From the NCBI GenBank assembly GCA_963851265.1, contig CAWKNZ010000007.1, positions 32,001 to 96,000 on the forward strand: a DNA stretch of 64,000 nucleotides, given 5' to 3'. The notes beneath the pieces are model-generated. The model did not search any database. It worked only from the letters and a program-made list of their open reading frames with translations, and was not told the origin of the DNA. The position numbers and the translations under genes are program-made. Positions 34,661-45,252 of the stretch are shown piece after piece. How positions within the stretch are numbered: position 1 is the first letter of the stretch; every line of letters starts with the position of its first letter. This DNA comes from an uncultured Gemmatimonadales bacterium. Its GTDB lineage: Bacteria; Gemmatimonadota; Gemmatimonadetes; Gemmatimonadales; Gemmatimonadaceae.

Positions 34661-36307
34661 TCAGCCGACAGCGCCGCCGGCCTCGGCGTACTGCGTCTCG
34701 GCGTACTGCGTGTGGTGCGTGCCCGACGCGGGCGTGCCCGGCGGGGGCGAGGTCGGCACGCGCGCGCCGAGCCCCTCGGCAACGCGGCGGCCGTACTCGG
34801 CGTCGCCCTGCGCGAAGTACCACAGCATGCGCTGCTGGATGTCCTCGCCGCACTGCGAGAGCGCGCCGACGAGGTTGCTCACGAGCTCGTCGCGCTCCCA
34901 GGCTTCGAACGCGCGCCAGCGCTCGCCGGCCTGCGCGAAGTTGTTCTCGCGCGCGAGGGTCTGCCGGACGACGTGCCCCGACACGAACGGCGTGTGCGGC
35001 TTGCCCGCGGGCTGCGCCGTGACGAGCCCGTGCCGCGCGCTCGGCTCGTAGTTGACGCTCGGGTTCTCGCCGGCCTCGACGCCGTCGACGTGGTAGGTCA
35101 TCTGGCCGTCGCGCTGGTTGGTCGCGACGTGCGTCTTGGGCGCGTTGATCGGCAGCTGCAGGTAGTTGGGCCCCACGCGGTAGCGCTGCGTGTCCGAGTA
35201 CGAGAACGTGCGCCCCTGCAGCAGCTTGTCGTCCGAGAAGTCGAGCCCGTCGACGAGTACTCCCGTGCCGAACGCCACCTGCTCCACCTCGGCGAAGTAG
35301 TTCACCGGGTTTCGGTCGAGCACCATGCGCCCCACCGGGCGGAGCGGGAACTGCTCGGGCGGCCAGATCTTGGTCGGGTCGAGCGGGTCGAAGTCGAGGT
35401 CGGCGTGCTCGTCGTCCGAGATGAGCTGCACCTGCAGCTCCCATTCGGGGAGGTCGCCGCGCGCGATCGCGTCGTACAGGTCGCCGGTCGCGTGGTTGAA
35501 GTCGGCCCCCTGGATGGCGCTGGCCTGCTCCTGCGTCAGGTTGCGCTCGCCGGCCTTCGGGATCCAGTGGTACTTCACGAGCATCGCCTCGCCCTCGGCG
35601 TTCACCCACTTGTAGGCGTGCACGCCCGAGCCGCGCATCTCGCGGTAGTTGGCCGGAATCCCCCACGGGCTGAACAGCCACGTGACCAGGTGCGTGGCCT
35701 CGGGGGTGAGCGAGACGAAGTCGAAGATGCGGCGCGCGTCCTGCCGGTTGGTCACCGGGTCGGGCTTGAACGCGTGCACCACGTCGGGGAACTTCATCGC
35801 GTCGCGGATGAAGAAGACCTGGAGGTTATTACCGACCAGATCCCAATTGCCGTCCTCGGTGTAGAACTTGACCGAGAACCCCCGCGGGTCGCGGAGCGTT
35901 TCGGGGCTGTGGCCGCCGTGGATCACGCTCGAGAAGCGGACGAACACCGGCGTGCGCTTGCCGCGGCCGCTGAAGACCCTGGCCCGCGTGTACTGCTCCA
36001 CGGGTTCGTCGCCGACGGCGCCGTAGGTCTCGAAGTAGCCGTGCGCGCCCGCGCCGCGCGCGTGCACCACGCGCTCCGGGATCCGCTCGCGGTCGAAGTG
36101 CGAGACCTTCTCGAGGAAGTGGTAGTTCTCGAGCACCGTGGGGCCGCGGTCGCCCACCGTGCGGTTGTTCTTGTTGTCGACGACCGGGTGACCCTGGCGC
36201 GTCGTGAGGACGGGCGCCGCGTCGGCGTGCTCCGTCGAACCGTTCGCGGATCCGTTGCCGGATCCGTTGCTCCCGCTGTTCCCGTTGCTGCCGTTGCCGT
36301 TCTGCAC
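34661..36307 (-). CDS. Monofunctional heme catalase (small subunit)
   Basis: [68 protein letters not shown] before GTG. Confidence 0.95.
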   Translation of the reverse strand: MQNGNGSNGNSGSNGSGNGSANGSTEHADAAPVLTTRQGHPVVDNKNNRTVGDRGPTVLENYHFLEKVSHFDRERIPERVVHARGAGAHGYFETYGAVGDEPVEQYTRARVFSGRGKRTPVFVRFSSVIHGGHSPETLRDPRGFSVKFYTEDGNWDLVGNNLQVFFIRDAMKFPDVVHAFKPDPVTNRQDARRIFDFVSLTPEATHLVTWLFSPWGIPANYREMRGSGVHAYKWVNAEGEAMLVKYHWIPKAGERNLTQEQASAIQGADFNHATGDLYDAIARGDLPEWELQVQLISDDEHADLDFDPLDPTKIWPPEQFPLRPVGRMVLDRNPVNYFAEVEQVAFGTGVLVDGLDFSDDKLLQGRTFSYSDTQRYRVGPNYLQLPINAPKTHVATNQRDGQMTYHVDGVEAGENPSVNYEPSARHGLVTAQPAGKPHTPFVSGHVVRQTLARENNFAQAGERWRAFEAWERDELVSNLVGALSQCGEDIQQRMLWYFAQGDAEYGRRVAEGLGARVPTSPPPGTPASGTHHTQYAETQYAEAGGAVG

Positions 36308-36394
36308 GAAACCTCCGTCGTTCGAGGTGAAGCGTCGGACGGGGGCGTGAACGCGCGCGCCCCCGGCGTGACGGATCGTAACCCGGCGGCGGCG

Positions 36395-36439
36395 ATAGCG
36401 GAAATCGAATGTGTCGATCGAACGATCGACGTACGCTAT
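36395..36439. promoter_or_regulatory. Putative OxyR operator between divergent catalase and oxyR
   Basis: ATAG-N7-CGAA-N7-ATCG (36395-36420) and ATCG-N7-CTAT (36425-36439), resembling ATAG-N7-CTAT OxyR boxes. Confidence 0.55.
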
Positions 36440-36448
36440 CATCCGGAC

Positions 36449-37444
36449 ATGCCGCCCGGAGCCGTGTCCCCGCAGCAGGTCTCGTTCCCCGAGCGCGTCA
36501 CGCTCACGCAACTCGGCTACGCGGTGGCGATCGAGACGCACCGCCATTTCGGCGCGGCGGCGGCCGCCTGCCGTGTGACGCAGCCCACACTCTCGATGCA
36601 GCTGCGCCGCCTCGAGGAGGCTCTCGGCTTCACCCTCTTCGACCGCACGCACACGCCCGTGGTCCCCACCGAGGCCGGCCGGCTCGTGGTCGAGCAGGCG
36701 CGCGTGATCCTGCGCGAGGCCGCACGGCTGGGGGAGATCCGCGACGCGCTCGCCGGCGTGATCGCGGGCGAGTTACGCCTCGGCGTGATTCCGACGCTCG
36801 CGCCGTACGTGCTGCCGCAGCTCGTGACCGCGCTGCGCACGCGGCATCCCGCGCTCGAACTCGTCGTCGAGGAGCGCGTCACCGACGAGATCGTCGCCGG
36901 CGTGCGCAACGGGCGGCTCGATGCGGGCCTCATCGCCTCCGCCGTGCGCGGGGGAGACGTGGTCGAGCGGGTCCTGTTCACCGAGCCGTTCGTCGGCTAC
37001 GTCAACGCAGGCCACCGCCTCGCGGGGCGCGCCGTGCTGGCGCCCGACGACCTGTCGCTCGACGATCTTTGGCTGTTGGCCGAAGGGCACTGCCTGCGCG
37101 TCCAGGCGGTGCAGCTGTGCCGCCGACGGACGCGCGGCGCTCCGGCCGGGGCGCAGACGGCGCCGGCCGCGGCCGCCGTCACCTCCGCGGCGCGCTTCGA
37201 GAGCGGGAACCTCGAGACGCTCACCCGCCTCGTCGAGGGCGGGGAAGGAATGACGCTCCTGCCGGCCCTCGCGGCCGCGGGCCTGCGCACCGCGGCACAG
37301 CGGCGCCTGCTGCGCCCGTTCGCCGATCCCGCGCCCGCACGCGACGTGCGGCTCGTGCAGCCGCGCCGTCAGCGGCGCGCCGCACTCGTCGCGGCCACCG
37401 TCGACGTGCTGCTCGCCGTGGTCCTCCCGCTGCTCGCGCCGTAA
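36449..37444 (+). CDS. oxyR: Hydrogen peroxide sensor OxyR (LysR family)
   Basis: [42 protein letters not shown] (two redox Cys, C-x8-C), G.TLLP. Confidence 0.92.
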   Translation: MPPGAVSPQQVSFPERVTLTQLGYAVAIETHRHFGAAAAACRVTQPTLSMQLRRLEEALGFTLFDRTHTPVVPTEAGRLVVEQARVILREAARLGEIRDALAGVIAGELRLGVIPTLAPYVLPQLVTALRTRHPALELVVEERVTDEIVAGVRNGRLDAGLIASAVRGGDVVERVLFTEPFVGYVNAGHRLAGRAVLAPDDLSLDDLWLLAEGHCLRVQAVQLCRRRTRGAPAGAQTAPAAAAVTSAARFESGNLETLTRLVEGGEGMTLLPALAAAGLRTAAQRRLLRPFADPAPARDVRLVQPRRQRRAALVAATVDVLLAVVLPLLAP

Positions 37445-37453
37445 GAATTGGTG

Positions 37454-38330
37454 TTGCTCTGTCGAAATCGTGACGGGTGGCCCTGACGGGTGGCCCGGCA
37501 GATGCGACGCAGACGGGGCCCATCGGAAGGTGGTCGGATGCGCGCGATGACGACGTCGGCCGTGCGGCTGGCCCGCACGGCGCTCGCGGTCGGCGGGGAG
37601 GCGCTGGCGCGCGACGGCGCGAGCACGAGCCGGCACACGCTAACGCAGGCGCAGCGCTTCGCCCTGCTCGTGCTCAAGCAGTTCCTGCGCACTGACTACC
37701 GCGGCGTCGTGGCGCCCGCCGCCGAGTGGGCGGAACTACGTTGGGCGCTCGGGCTGGCGTAGGTGCCGCCCTACTCCACGCTGTGCTACGCGGCGCGCCG
37801 ACGCGCCGCGCCCATGTTCGCGACCCTTGAGGCCGCCTGCCTTCGCCGCGCCCGGGCTCACCGCGCCCGGCGGGGTCGTCGCGGCGGACGCGACGGGGTT
37901 CGAGCGCCACCACGTGACCGCCCACGTCATCGACGCCGCGGGCTGCTCCTCGGCCGCCGGCGCCGGCACTGGCCCAAGCTGACCGCGGTGGCCGACGTCG
38001 GCCCGCACCTCATCGCCGGCGCCGTGGTCACGTGCGGGCCGAGCCAGGACTCGCCGCAGTTCCCGGCCGCGGTACGCCAGGCCGCGCGCTGCTGACCCCG
38101 GGGACGCTGCTCGGCGACGCCGGATATGACGCGGAGCACAACCGCGGGCTCTCCCGTGCGTTAGGCATCGGGACTTCCGTGATCGCGCTCAACGCCCGGA
38201 ACATGGGCCGGCGCTGGCCCCTCACGCCCGCGCGCGGCGCCCTGCGCCGCCGCTCCCCGCGCGCACTCTACCGCCTGCGGTGGCACGCCGAGAGCGCGGT
38301 CTCCTGCCACCAGCGGCGCCTCGGGTCATA
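37454..38330 (+). mobile_element. Degenerate DDE transposase (IS5/IS4-type) pseudogene
   Basis: SRHTLTQAQ.FA.LVLKQF...DYRG, in-frame TAG at 37760-62, DATGF, WPKL, GPSQD, LGDAGYDAEHN, YR.RW.AES across several frames; 13-nt tandem duplication tgacgggtggccc at 37471-37496. Confidence 0.8.
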
Positions 38331-38380
38331 GCCTCAGCCTGAGTTGCTGACCGGCCCGCTCAGGATTGGCGGCGGCGCGC

Positions 38381-38512
38381 TTATGCCGCGGCGAGTACTC
38401 GACGCCGTAGGAGGGCGAATCTCGCCCGGCCGTAGATGCTCTGCTTCACCAACCTGAGGCGGTGCACGTGGCCCTCGACCTGCCCCTGGCTCCAAGGCAG
38501 GGCGACGCCGGC
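38381..38512 (-). mobile_element. ISL3-family transposase C-terminal fragment
   Basis: LPWSQGQVEGHVHRLRLVKQSIYGRARFALLRRRVL matches the ISL3 C-terminal motif. Confidence 0.8.
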
Positions 38513-38706
38513 GTACCCGCCGTAGCGGGCGCGCTCCGGTCCGACCAACGGTCCGCCGGTCAGGTCGCGATGGCCAATTACGGCGGAGTCGGCGTGATTC
38601 GGCAACTCGCCGATCTGTGCAATGCCGGAGGGGGCGGCCGCGGCCCCTCGCGGCGCATCATGCTCACTGCCTCGCAGGCAGATGTCACCCGGGCGCGCTT
38701 GCCGCA

Positions 38707-40317
38707 TCAGCGGTGCGGCGCGAATTGAAACGTCTGCTCGACCGTCGAGGCGACGCGACGTCCCCCTCGCTCGGCGGGCAGGTAGCGCAACCGACGGAGC
38801 GATGCCCGAACCGCCTCAGTGAACGCCGCGTGACTCGTTCGGACGAGCTCGAATGTGCTCGGTTCGACCTTCCCGTCGCTGTCGACGACGAAACGTGCGA
38901 CGACCTCGCCATCGATTCTCGCGTCCAGCAGGACAGGCGGATAGCGTGGTTGGTCCGAGCTGGCGAGCGCCGCGGCCGGTGTCGTTTCTGACGTGTCCAC
39001 GAGTCCAGGCGTGTTCACGAACTCCGCCGTCCCTGGGGCCGGTTGGCGCACCAGATGCGGCTGTCGCGTGTCGGCTGGCGTCCCGGTCTTCTGCAGCACG
39101 ACCGAATAGGCCAGTGCGTGAAGCCGTGCCGCCATCGCGGCAATCGGGACGTTGAGGCGGCGCGTCGCGCTGCGGTGTAGTGAGTCGGACGCGCCGTCGG
39201 GGTGACTGGCCGCTCGTGCGACGAGAAGTACGGAGCTTGATGGGGCCGCGTCGCCCAGGGCGGACCGGCTGATCACCACTGCGCCCGCGCCGGTGGATGG
39301 AATTGGCGCCAGCGTCGTTGGTATTACGACCGGGTGCGCCACGGCCCGTGCGCGGACAGAGCCCGGATCGATCGGGGACGCTGGATGTTCGACCGAGGCG
39401 ATCGAGGCGAGGCCGACGTCGCTGCGGCTAGTTGCGTGGTCGGCCGCAGGACGCTGCGCGGCGTACCACCCGATGCCGGTACCGGCGAGCACTGCGATGG
39501 CGGTGACCGCGCCAATGCGGGCGATCCTGCGGGCGGCAATCACCAGTCCGCGGTGCTCGGAGCGCGAGCACACCTTCCATGCGGCATCGAGCGCGACGAC
39601 GAACGCGCGGGCGGACGAGAAACGGGCGCCGGGGTCAGGATCGCAGCCCGTCAGCAGCACGCGTTGCACCGGAAGCCCGAGCCCTCGAAGGAGCTGTGGC
39701 AGGCGCGCAGCGTCCGCATGCCCCACAACGGCGTCGTGCGACCCGCGCACGGTCCGAAGTGCTCCCGTCACGCTCGGCTGACGCGTTCCCCCTGCCAGGA
39801 GAGTCGCGGCGAGCAGCGCGAGTCCATACTGACATCCCGCTGCGCTCCCCGTCGCCCCAGCCAGTTGCGCGTCGGGATCGACGTATGCGGGATCGAGGTG
39901 GGCGGCGGCATCGCGCACGAGCACGAGATGCGGTCCGTCGAGCGCCACGCTTCCGGGCGTGAACGCATCAAGGGGTGTACCCGCTGCCGCCGCGGCGTCG
40001 ACCAAAGCGGCGACGCGCCGCAGCAGCAGCAACGCGAGTTCGGCCGGCCATGGCTCGCCCAGCGCGAGGAGGACGTCGAGCGACACGATCGGTGCCGGCG
40101 TCGACTCGTCCGAGTCGTCGGGAGACGCGACGGCGAGCTGGCGCGACAGGAAGAGCCAGAGCGGCAGCGAGACCGGTTCCGCGACATGCGCCACCTGACC
40201 CGCAGGAGCGAACTTCGAGGACACGGCGCAGCCGGGCACGGTCTCGAGCGCGAGGACGCGCGCGTAGAGTTCCGAGCGGTCGGAGCGGCCGTCGCGTGGC
40301 GCCTGCGAGTCCTTCAT
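38707..40317 (-). CDS. Membrane protein: degenerate Ser/Thr kinase-like domain, TM helix, C-terminal TonB domain
   Basis: PRYP..L....I.GEV..RFVVDSDGKV...F..AV...L....Y.PA..GG..V....EQ.F.F TonB-C; TM IGAVTAIAVLAGTGIGWY; kinase C-lobe remnants; start uncertain. Confidence 0.7.
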   Translation of the reverse strand: MKDSQAPRDGRSDRSELYARVLALETVPGCAVSSKFAPAGQVAHVAEPVSLPLWLFLSRQLAVASPDDSDESTPAPIVSLDVLLALGEPWPAELALLLLRRVAALVDAAAAAGTPLDAFTPGSVALDGPHLVLVRDAAAHLDPAYVDPDAQLAGATGSAAGCQYGLALLAATLLAGGTRQPSVTGALRTVRGSHDAVVGHADAARLPQLLRGLGLPVQRVLLTGCDPDPGARFSSARAFVVALDAAWKVCSRSEHRGLVIAARRIARIGAVTAIAVLAGTGIGWYAAQRPAADHATSRSDVGLASIASVEHPASPIDPGSVRARAVAHPVVIPTTLAPIPSTGAGAVVISRSALGDAAPSSSVLLVARAASHPDGASDSLHRSATRRLNVPIAAMAARLHALAYSVVLQKTGTPADTRQPHLVRQPAPGTAEFVNTPGLVDTSETTPAAALASSDQPRYPPVLLDARIDGEVVARFVVDSDGKVEPSTFELVRTSHAAFTEAVRASLRRLRYLPAERGGRRVASTVEQTFQFAPHR

Positions 40318-40684
40318 AGGCCCTCGTGATCGTGGGATGCGCGCCAGACGTTGCGGCAAAACGGGCGTTTCCGCAAGGGTGCACACGGGGCCCAACGCGA
40401 TGCAGGCTGCGGCCGACGCGTTGCGCCAACGTGAGCGCCGGTGTAGCCCGCATCGTGTTGTAACGCGGAACCCCCCAGAGTGTAGGCGATTGCCGACATT
40501 CCCGGTCGTCCACACCGCGCCGTGTTACCGCGTGTCGTGCCTAACTCCTGTCAACACGGGCGTTTACGCACGCGAGGTGGGCGCAACCTCACGAGCACGT
40601 TCGATGCGAAGCGCGCCAGCACCTCTCGCGAGCGGCGGGCGGGCGCGGTCTGGACCGCCTCGCCGACTGTCGCGCGCGTCCCGC

Positions 40685-42736
40685 ATGCCTCCCGCCGTTC
40701 GTCCTTTCATGCACTGGTCGATGCCGCGCGCGGTCCTGCGTCGGCGCGCGACGCTTGTCGCCGCGCTCCATCTCGGTGCCGCGACCGCTGCGTACGCGGC
40801 AGCATATGGGTTGCGCTTCGATCTCCGCGTCCCTGCCGAAGAGGGCCGGCGATTCGTCGAGACGCTCCCCCTGCTGCTCGTCGCGCGCTGGGGCGCGGTC
40901 TACGCGCTCGCCGTGCATCGTGGGTCCTGGCGACATGTGGGCCTTCGTGATCTGGGCCGCCTCCTGATCGCGGCGACAGTCGGTTCGGCGGGCTTCGCGG
41001 TCCTGCTCGCGGTGCTGGGGCAGCTCGCCCACACGCCACGGTCCGTCCTGCTCATCGACTGGATCGTCTTCCTGCTCTTCGCAGCCGGAATGCGCGTGAC
41101 GGTGCGCGGTGTGCGCGAGAACGCGTTCCGGCGCCCGGTGCGCGGTGGGCGCCGGGTGCTCGTGATCGGCGCAGGACAAGCGGGCGAGCGCTTCGTGCGG
41201 CAGATTCAGCACGAGGGCCGGGCGGACGTCTCGGTGATCGGATTCCTCGACGACGCCCCGTCCATTCAGGGACTCGTGCTGCACGGCATTCCGGTGCTCG
41301 GAACGGTCGACGCGCTGGCGAGCACGGTACGCCGGAAGCAGGCAGACCTAGTGGTGATCGCAACCCCCTCGGCATCCGGCGAACAGATGCGGCGTATCGT
41401 CGCACGCTGCTCGGAAACGCGCCTCGAGTACAAGACTGTGTTTTCGGGGCGCGAGACCGACGACGCGTTCGATCCCACGCTGCTCCCGCTTCGCGCCGTC
41501 GAGCTCGAAGATCTGCTCGGGCGCCCCCCGGTACGCCTCACGCTCGACCACGTGCAGCGTGATCTGGCAGGGCGCACTGTGCTCATCACCGGCGGGGCGG
41601 GCTCGATCGGGTCTGAGCTTGGGCGCCAGATCGCGAAATTGGCCCCGTCGCGGGTCGTGATCTTCGATCGTGCCGAGAGCCCTCTCTACTTCGCACATCT
41701 CGAGCTCACGGCGGCGTACCCGGACGTAGACGTGATCGCGGCGCTGGGCGACGTTACGGACGTCGCGCGACTCGACGGGATCGTCGGGCGGTACCGCCCC
41801 GACTACGTCTTTCACGCGGCCGCGTACAAGCACGTCCCGCTTTGCGAGGCCCACGTGCGCGAGGCCGTCCACAACAACGTGCTCGGCACCTACCGCGTGG
41901 CAGAATGCGCTGCGCGGCACGGGGTGCGGAAGATGGTGCTGATCTCGACCGACAAGGCCGTCAATCCTTCCAGTGTCATGGGTGCGACGAAGCGCCTCGC
42001 CGAGCGCCTCGTGTTGCACACGCCGGAGTTTTGCGCCGCACGCACCGAGTACCGCGTGGTGCGCTTCGGGAACGTGCTGGGCTCCGATGGCAGCGTCGTG
42101 CCTCTGTTCCGTCGCCAGCTGGCGTCCGGGGGGCCACTCACCGTCACGCACCCCGACGTGACCCGGTATTTCATGAGCATTCCTGAGGCGGTGCAACTCG
42201 TACTGCAAGCCGCAGCGGTTCCGGAGGCCTCGGGGCGGGTCGCGATGCTGGAAATGGGCGAGCCGGTGCGCATCCTTGATCTCGCCGAGCAACTCATTCG
42301 CATGTCCGGCCGGGTTCCGCACCGCGACGTGCAGATCGTCGTCACTGGACTGCGCCCCGGGGAGAAGTTGACGGAGGAGTTGGTCCGGACCACGGACGCC
42401 ATCCGTCGGACGAGTGTCGATCAGGTTTATGTCGTCGATACCGATTCGACGTCGGACGGGTCGCCCGGGAGACGGTCCGACGCGCTGTTCGACGCGCTGT
42501 TCGACGCGCTGGCATGCGGCGACGATGCGAGCATCCATGCGGCACTCCACGCGGCGGTGCCCGAGTATGCCGAGTACCACGCCTCGGCCGCGCGACCGTC
42601 GCCGGCGAGCGCGCCACACGAGGCCAACGCGTGGACGCCCGGGATGCCTATGGTCGACCCTCCATCTTCGCGTACCCAGACCGGTATCGCGCGTGCCGCG
42701 CTCGGTGTTCCACAACCCGCGATTCCCGCCGCTTGA
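40685..42736 (+). CDS. Membrane-bound nucleotide-sugar 4,6-dehydratase (CapD/PglF/WbgZ family)
   Basis: 4 N-term TMs, LVIGAG.AG, EDLLGR, ITGGAGSIGSEL, HAAAYKHVP, ISTDKAVNP..VMGATKR, RFGNVLGS.GSV.P, GLRPGEKL.EEL. Confidence 0.92.
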   Translation: MPPAVRPFMHWSMPRAVLRRRATLVAALHLGAATAAYAAAYGLRFDLRVPAEEGRRFVETLPLLLVARWGAVYALAVHRGSWRHVGLRDLGRLLIAATVGSAGFAVLLAVLGQLAHTPRSVLLIDWIVFLLFAAGMRVTVRGVRENAFRRPVRGGRRVLVIGAGQAGERFVRQIQHEGRADVSVIGFLDDAPSIQGLVLHGIPVLGTVDALASTVRRKQADLVVIATPSASGEQMRRIVARCSETRLEYKTVFSGRETDDAFDPTLLPLRAVELEDLLGRPPVRLTLDHVQRDLAGRTVLITGGAGSIGSELGRQIAKLAPSRVVIFDRAESPLYFAHLELTAAYPDVDVIAALGDVTDVARLDGIVGRYRPDYVFHAAAYKHVPLCEAHVREAVHNNVLGTYRVAECAARHGVRKMVLISTDKAVNPSSVMGATKRLAERLVLHTPEFCAARTEYRVVRFGNVLGSDGSVVPLFRRQLASGGPLTVTHPDVTRYFMSIPEAVQLVLQAAAVPEASGRVAMLEMGEPVRILDLAEQLIRMSGRVPHRDVQIVVTGLRPGEKLTEELVRTTDAIRRTSVDQVYVVDTDSTSDGSPGRRSDALFDALFDALACGDDASIHAALHAAVPEYAEYHASAARPSPASAPHEANAWTPGMPMVDPPSSRTQTGIARAALGVPQPAIPAA

Positions 42737-42779
42737 TGCACGCGCGGCACCACAGCGCGCTCCAGTTCCAGCCTCCTCG

Positions 42780-45224
42780 ATGACGCAGCTCACGATCGCC
42801 CCACTCCAGCCCCCGCGGCCGACCTCGAACGGGCACTTCCTTTCGGGCGCGCCTGATCCCCGACTGCCACTTGCCACGAAGGAGACGACGCTCGGTCCGG
42901 AGCAACTGCTGCGGGCCGTGCGTCGCCGCTGGTGGGCCATCGTCCTCGGGGGTACCATCGGCGCCGGTGGAGCGCTCGCGTGGGCCTTCGCGAGCGGTCC
43001 GGCGTACTTGGGCACGGCGCTCGTGCAGCTCGCGCCGGCGCGGGAGAACCTGACCGAAGGGCTGGCAGGGCGGGATGGGAACACGGGGGACCGGAGCGCG
43101 GCCCTACTCGGCCTTCCTCCCGTCGACATGATTCGCGGGCGGGCGGTCGTGGGTGCGGTAGTGGACAGCGAACCGCTCGGTCTGCGCGTGATTGCGGAGG
43201 GATTTCCGTCGACGTCGCTGCGGGACGTCGCGCTTGCCCCCGACGCGGGCACCGGGTTCTCCATTCCACTCACCTTCACACCGGTTGGCGTGATCGTGGC
43301 GGGGCGTCCGCCCGCCGTGCCGTACGGGCAGGGCATCACAGTCGGACCGCTGCGTTTCGTGGTCGGCGCGCGGCCGGAACTGCGCGCCGTCCGGAGTACG
43401 TCGGGCATCGCCGTGCGGCCGCGGGACGCGACCGTAAAGCAGGTGTCGACCCGACTGCTCGTGCGTGCACGCGGCCAGTCGTCGCTGACCGAGATCAACT
43501 ACGCCTCACCCGATCCCGGTCTGGCTCGTCGGGTCGTGAACCGCGCGGCTCTGGCGTTTCAGGCCATCGCTGCCCAGAGTGTGCAGCAGCAGGTGCGACG
43601 CCGGCGGGCGTTCATCGAAGAGCAGATCGCACGTGTGGACAGCCAGACGACCGCCGCCGCCGCCGCGCTAAGCGGGTTCCGCACGCGCGTGCAGGCGTTC
43701 AGCGCGGCCGAAAAATTCACGGGTCAAGAGCGGGATCTCCTCGATTTGCAGACGAAGGAGCGCGACCTCCGCACGAGTCGGCAGGCGGCCCAACGGCTGC
43801 TCGATCAGTTCGAATCGAACGAGCCGGGCGTGCGCGCCGGAGCGTCCCGGATGCTCGGATCGACGAGTGGGTTGAGCACCAACCCCGTGACCGCGGCGCT
43901 GGTCACGAAGCTGGCCGGGTACGAGGCCCAGCGAATCGAACTGACGAGTGGGCCGGGCGGCTACACGACCGCGCATCCGGACGTGATTCGCGAGGATGCC
44001 CTGATCGCCGCGACGGAGGCGGCGCTCATCAACTCGCTCCGGTCTCAGGCCTCGGTGCTCGATTTGCAGTTGCGTGACGTCGAAGCGCAACGCGTCGCGC
44101 GCGAACGCGAGCTGAGCCTGTTGCCTGGCGCGAACGCGGAAGAGTCGCAGCTGCTGCAGAATCTGACCGTGCTGCGGGACCAGGGCACCGTACTCCGCGG
44201 CGAGTTCCAGAAGGCGCGGATCGCGGAGGCGGTCGCCGTCGGACCCGTCGAGATCGTCGAGCTCGAGTCGCACCCCACGAGCGTCCCACGGACCGACGCG
44301 CGGGTCATCATCGTCGCGACGCTGCTCGGCCTCGGGCTCGGGGCCGTGGCAGCCGTTGCCCCCGCCTTGTTCGAGGGCGGCCTGCGCCGCCGCGTCGACG
44401 TAGAGGGGGCCCTCGGGCTTCCCGTGCTCGCCACCGTTTCCCGGCTGGAGCATGCGCTCGCGCCGCAGCGGCCGTGGCGTGCCGCGTTGGCGCACGACAC
44501 GGATCGGATGCACGCGGACACCGCGCGACGACGCGCCGTCGCGCTCGCGACGCTGGACGTCGACACGCAGCCGGGGGCTGAAGCGTACCGGCGCCTCCGT
44601 GCGGCACTCTTCTCGACCCGCTACAGCGCGGCGCCGCGCTGTCTGCTCGTCACCAGCGCTGGCGCGTGCGAGGGCAAGACGTCGGTGGCCGTCAACTTGG
44701 CGACCTCGCTCGCCCAACAGGGTCAACGCGTCCTGCTCATCGACGGCGACATGCGGGACGCCAAACTGCATCGCATTCTCAACCTCTCGCTGGTGCCAGG
44801 GTTCAGCGACGTGCTGCTCGGGCGAAACGAACCCACCGACGGGGTGGTCCAACAGGGCGCGATCGGCGGGCTGTTCGTGCTCACGGCCGGCGCGCCGAGC
44901 CTCGCCGCGTCGGACCTGCTCGGCACACACCGCATGCGCGTCGTGCTGAACGACTACATCCGCGCGTTCGACGCGGTGATCATCGATTCGTCGCCGGTGC
45001 TCGCGGTTGCCGACGCGACGGTGCTCGGCGCGCAGGTGGACGCGGTGCTCGTGGTGGTCCGGGCCGGGCAGACGACTGCCGCCGAGCTGGGCGAGGCGGT
45101 CCGGCAGCTCACGCAGGCTGGCGCATCGCTCGCCGGGGCCGTGTTCAACGATCCCGACGGCAAGGCCGAGGACGAGCGCCGCGCCGGGTATTACTCCTAC
45201 GCCACGTCGATGGCCCAGCCGTAA
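42780..45224 (+). CDS. Polysaccharide co-polymerase / tyrosine autokinase (Wzc/GumC family)
   Basis: Two TMs flanking a coiled-coil periplasmic region; EAYR.LR, VTSA...EGKT, LIDGDMR, IIDSSP, C-terminal GYYSY. Confidence 0.9.
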   Translation: MTQLTIAPLQPPRPTSNGHFLSGAPDPRLPLATKETTLGPEQLLRAVRRRWWAIVLGGTIGAGGALAWAFASGPAYLGTALVQLAPARENLTEGLAGRDGNTGDRSAALLGLPPVDMIRGRAVVGAVVDSEPLGLRVIAEGFPSTSLRDVALAPDAGTGFSIPLTFTPVGVIVAGRPPAVPYGQGITVGPLRFVVGARPELRAVRSTSGIAVRPRDATVKQVSTRLLVRARGQSSLTEINYASPDPGLARRVVNRAALAFQAIAAQSVQQQVRRRRAFIEEQIARVDSQTTAAAAALSGFRTRVQAFSAAEKFTGQERDLLDLQTKERDLRTSRQAAQRLLDQFESNEPGVRAGASRMLGSTSGLSTNPVTAALVTKLAGYEAQRIELTSGPGGYTTAHPDVIREDALIAATEAALINSLRSQASVLDLQLRDVEAQRVARERELSLLPGANAEESQLLQNLTVLRDQGTVLRGEFQKARIAEAVAVGPVEIVELESHPTSVPRTDARVIIVATLLGLGLGAVAAVAPALFEGGLRRRVDVEGALGLPVLATVSRLEHALAPQRPWRAALAHDTDRMHADTARRRAVALATLDVDTQPGAEAYRRLRAALFSTRYSAAPRCLLVTSAGACEGKTSVAVNLATSLAQQGQRVLLIDGDMRDAKLHRILNLSLVPGFSDVLLGRNEPTDGVVQQGAIGGLFVLTAGAPSLAASDLLGTHRMRVVLNDYIRAFDAVIIDSSPVLAVADATVLGAQVDAVLVVVRAGQTTAAELGEAVRQLTQAGASLAGAVFNDPDGKAEDERRAGYYSYATSMAQP

Positions 45225-45252
45225 GGACGTCGTTCGCTCACGGGCGCGTCGC

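Noticed and set aside
38520..38706. Short segment reading ...IMLTAS..., possibly a receiver-domain remnant
   Set aside because: Too short and degenerate to support.
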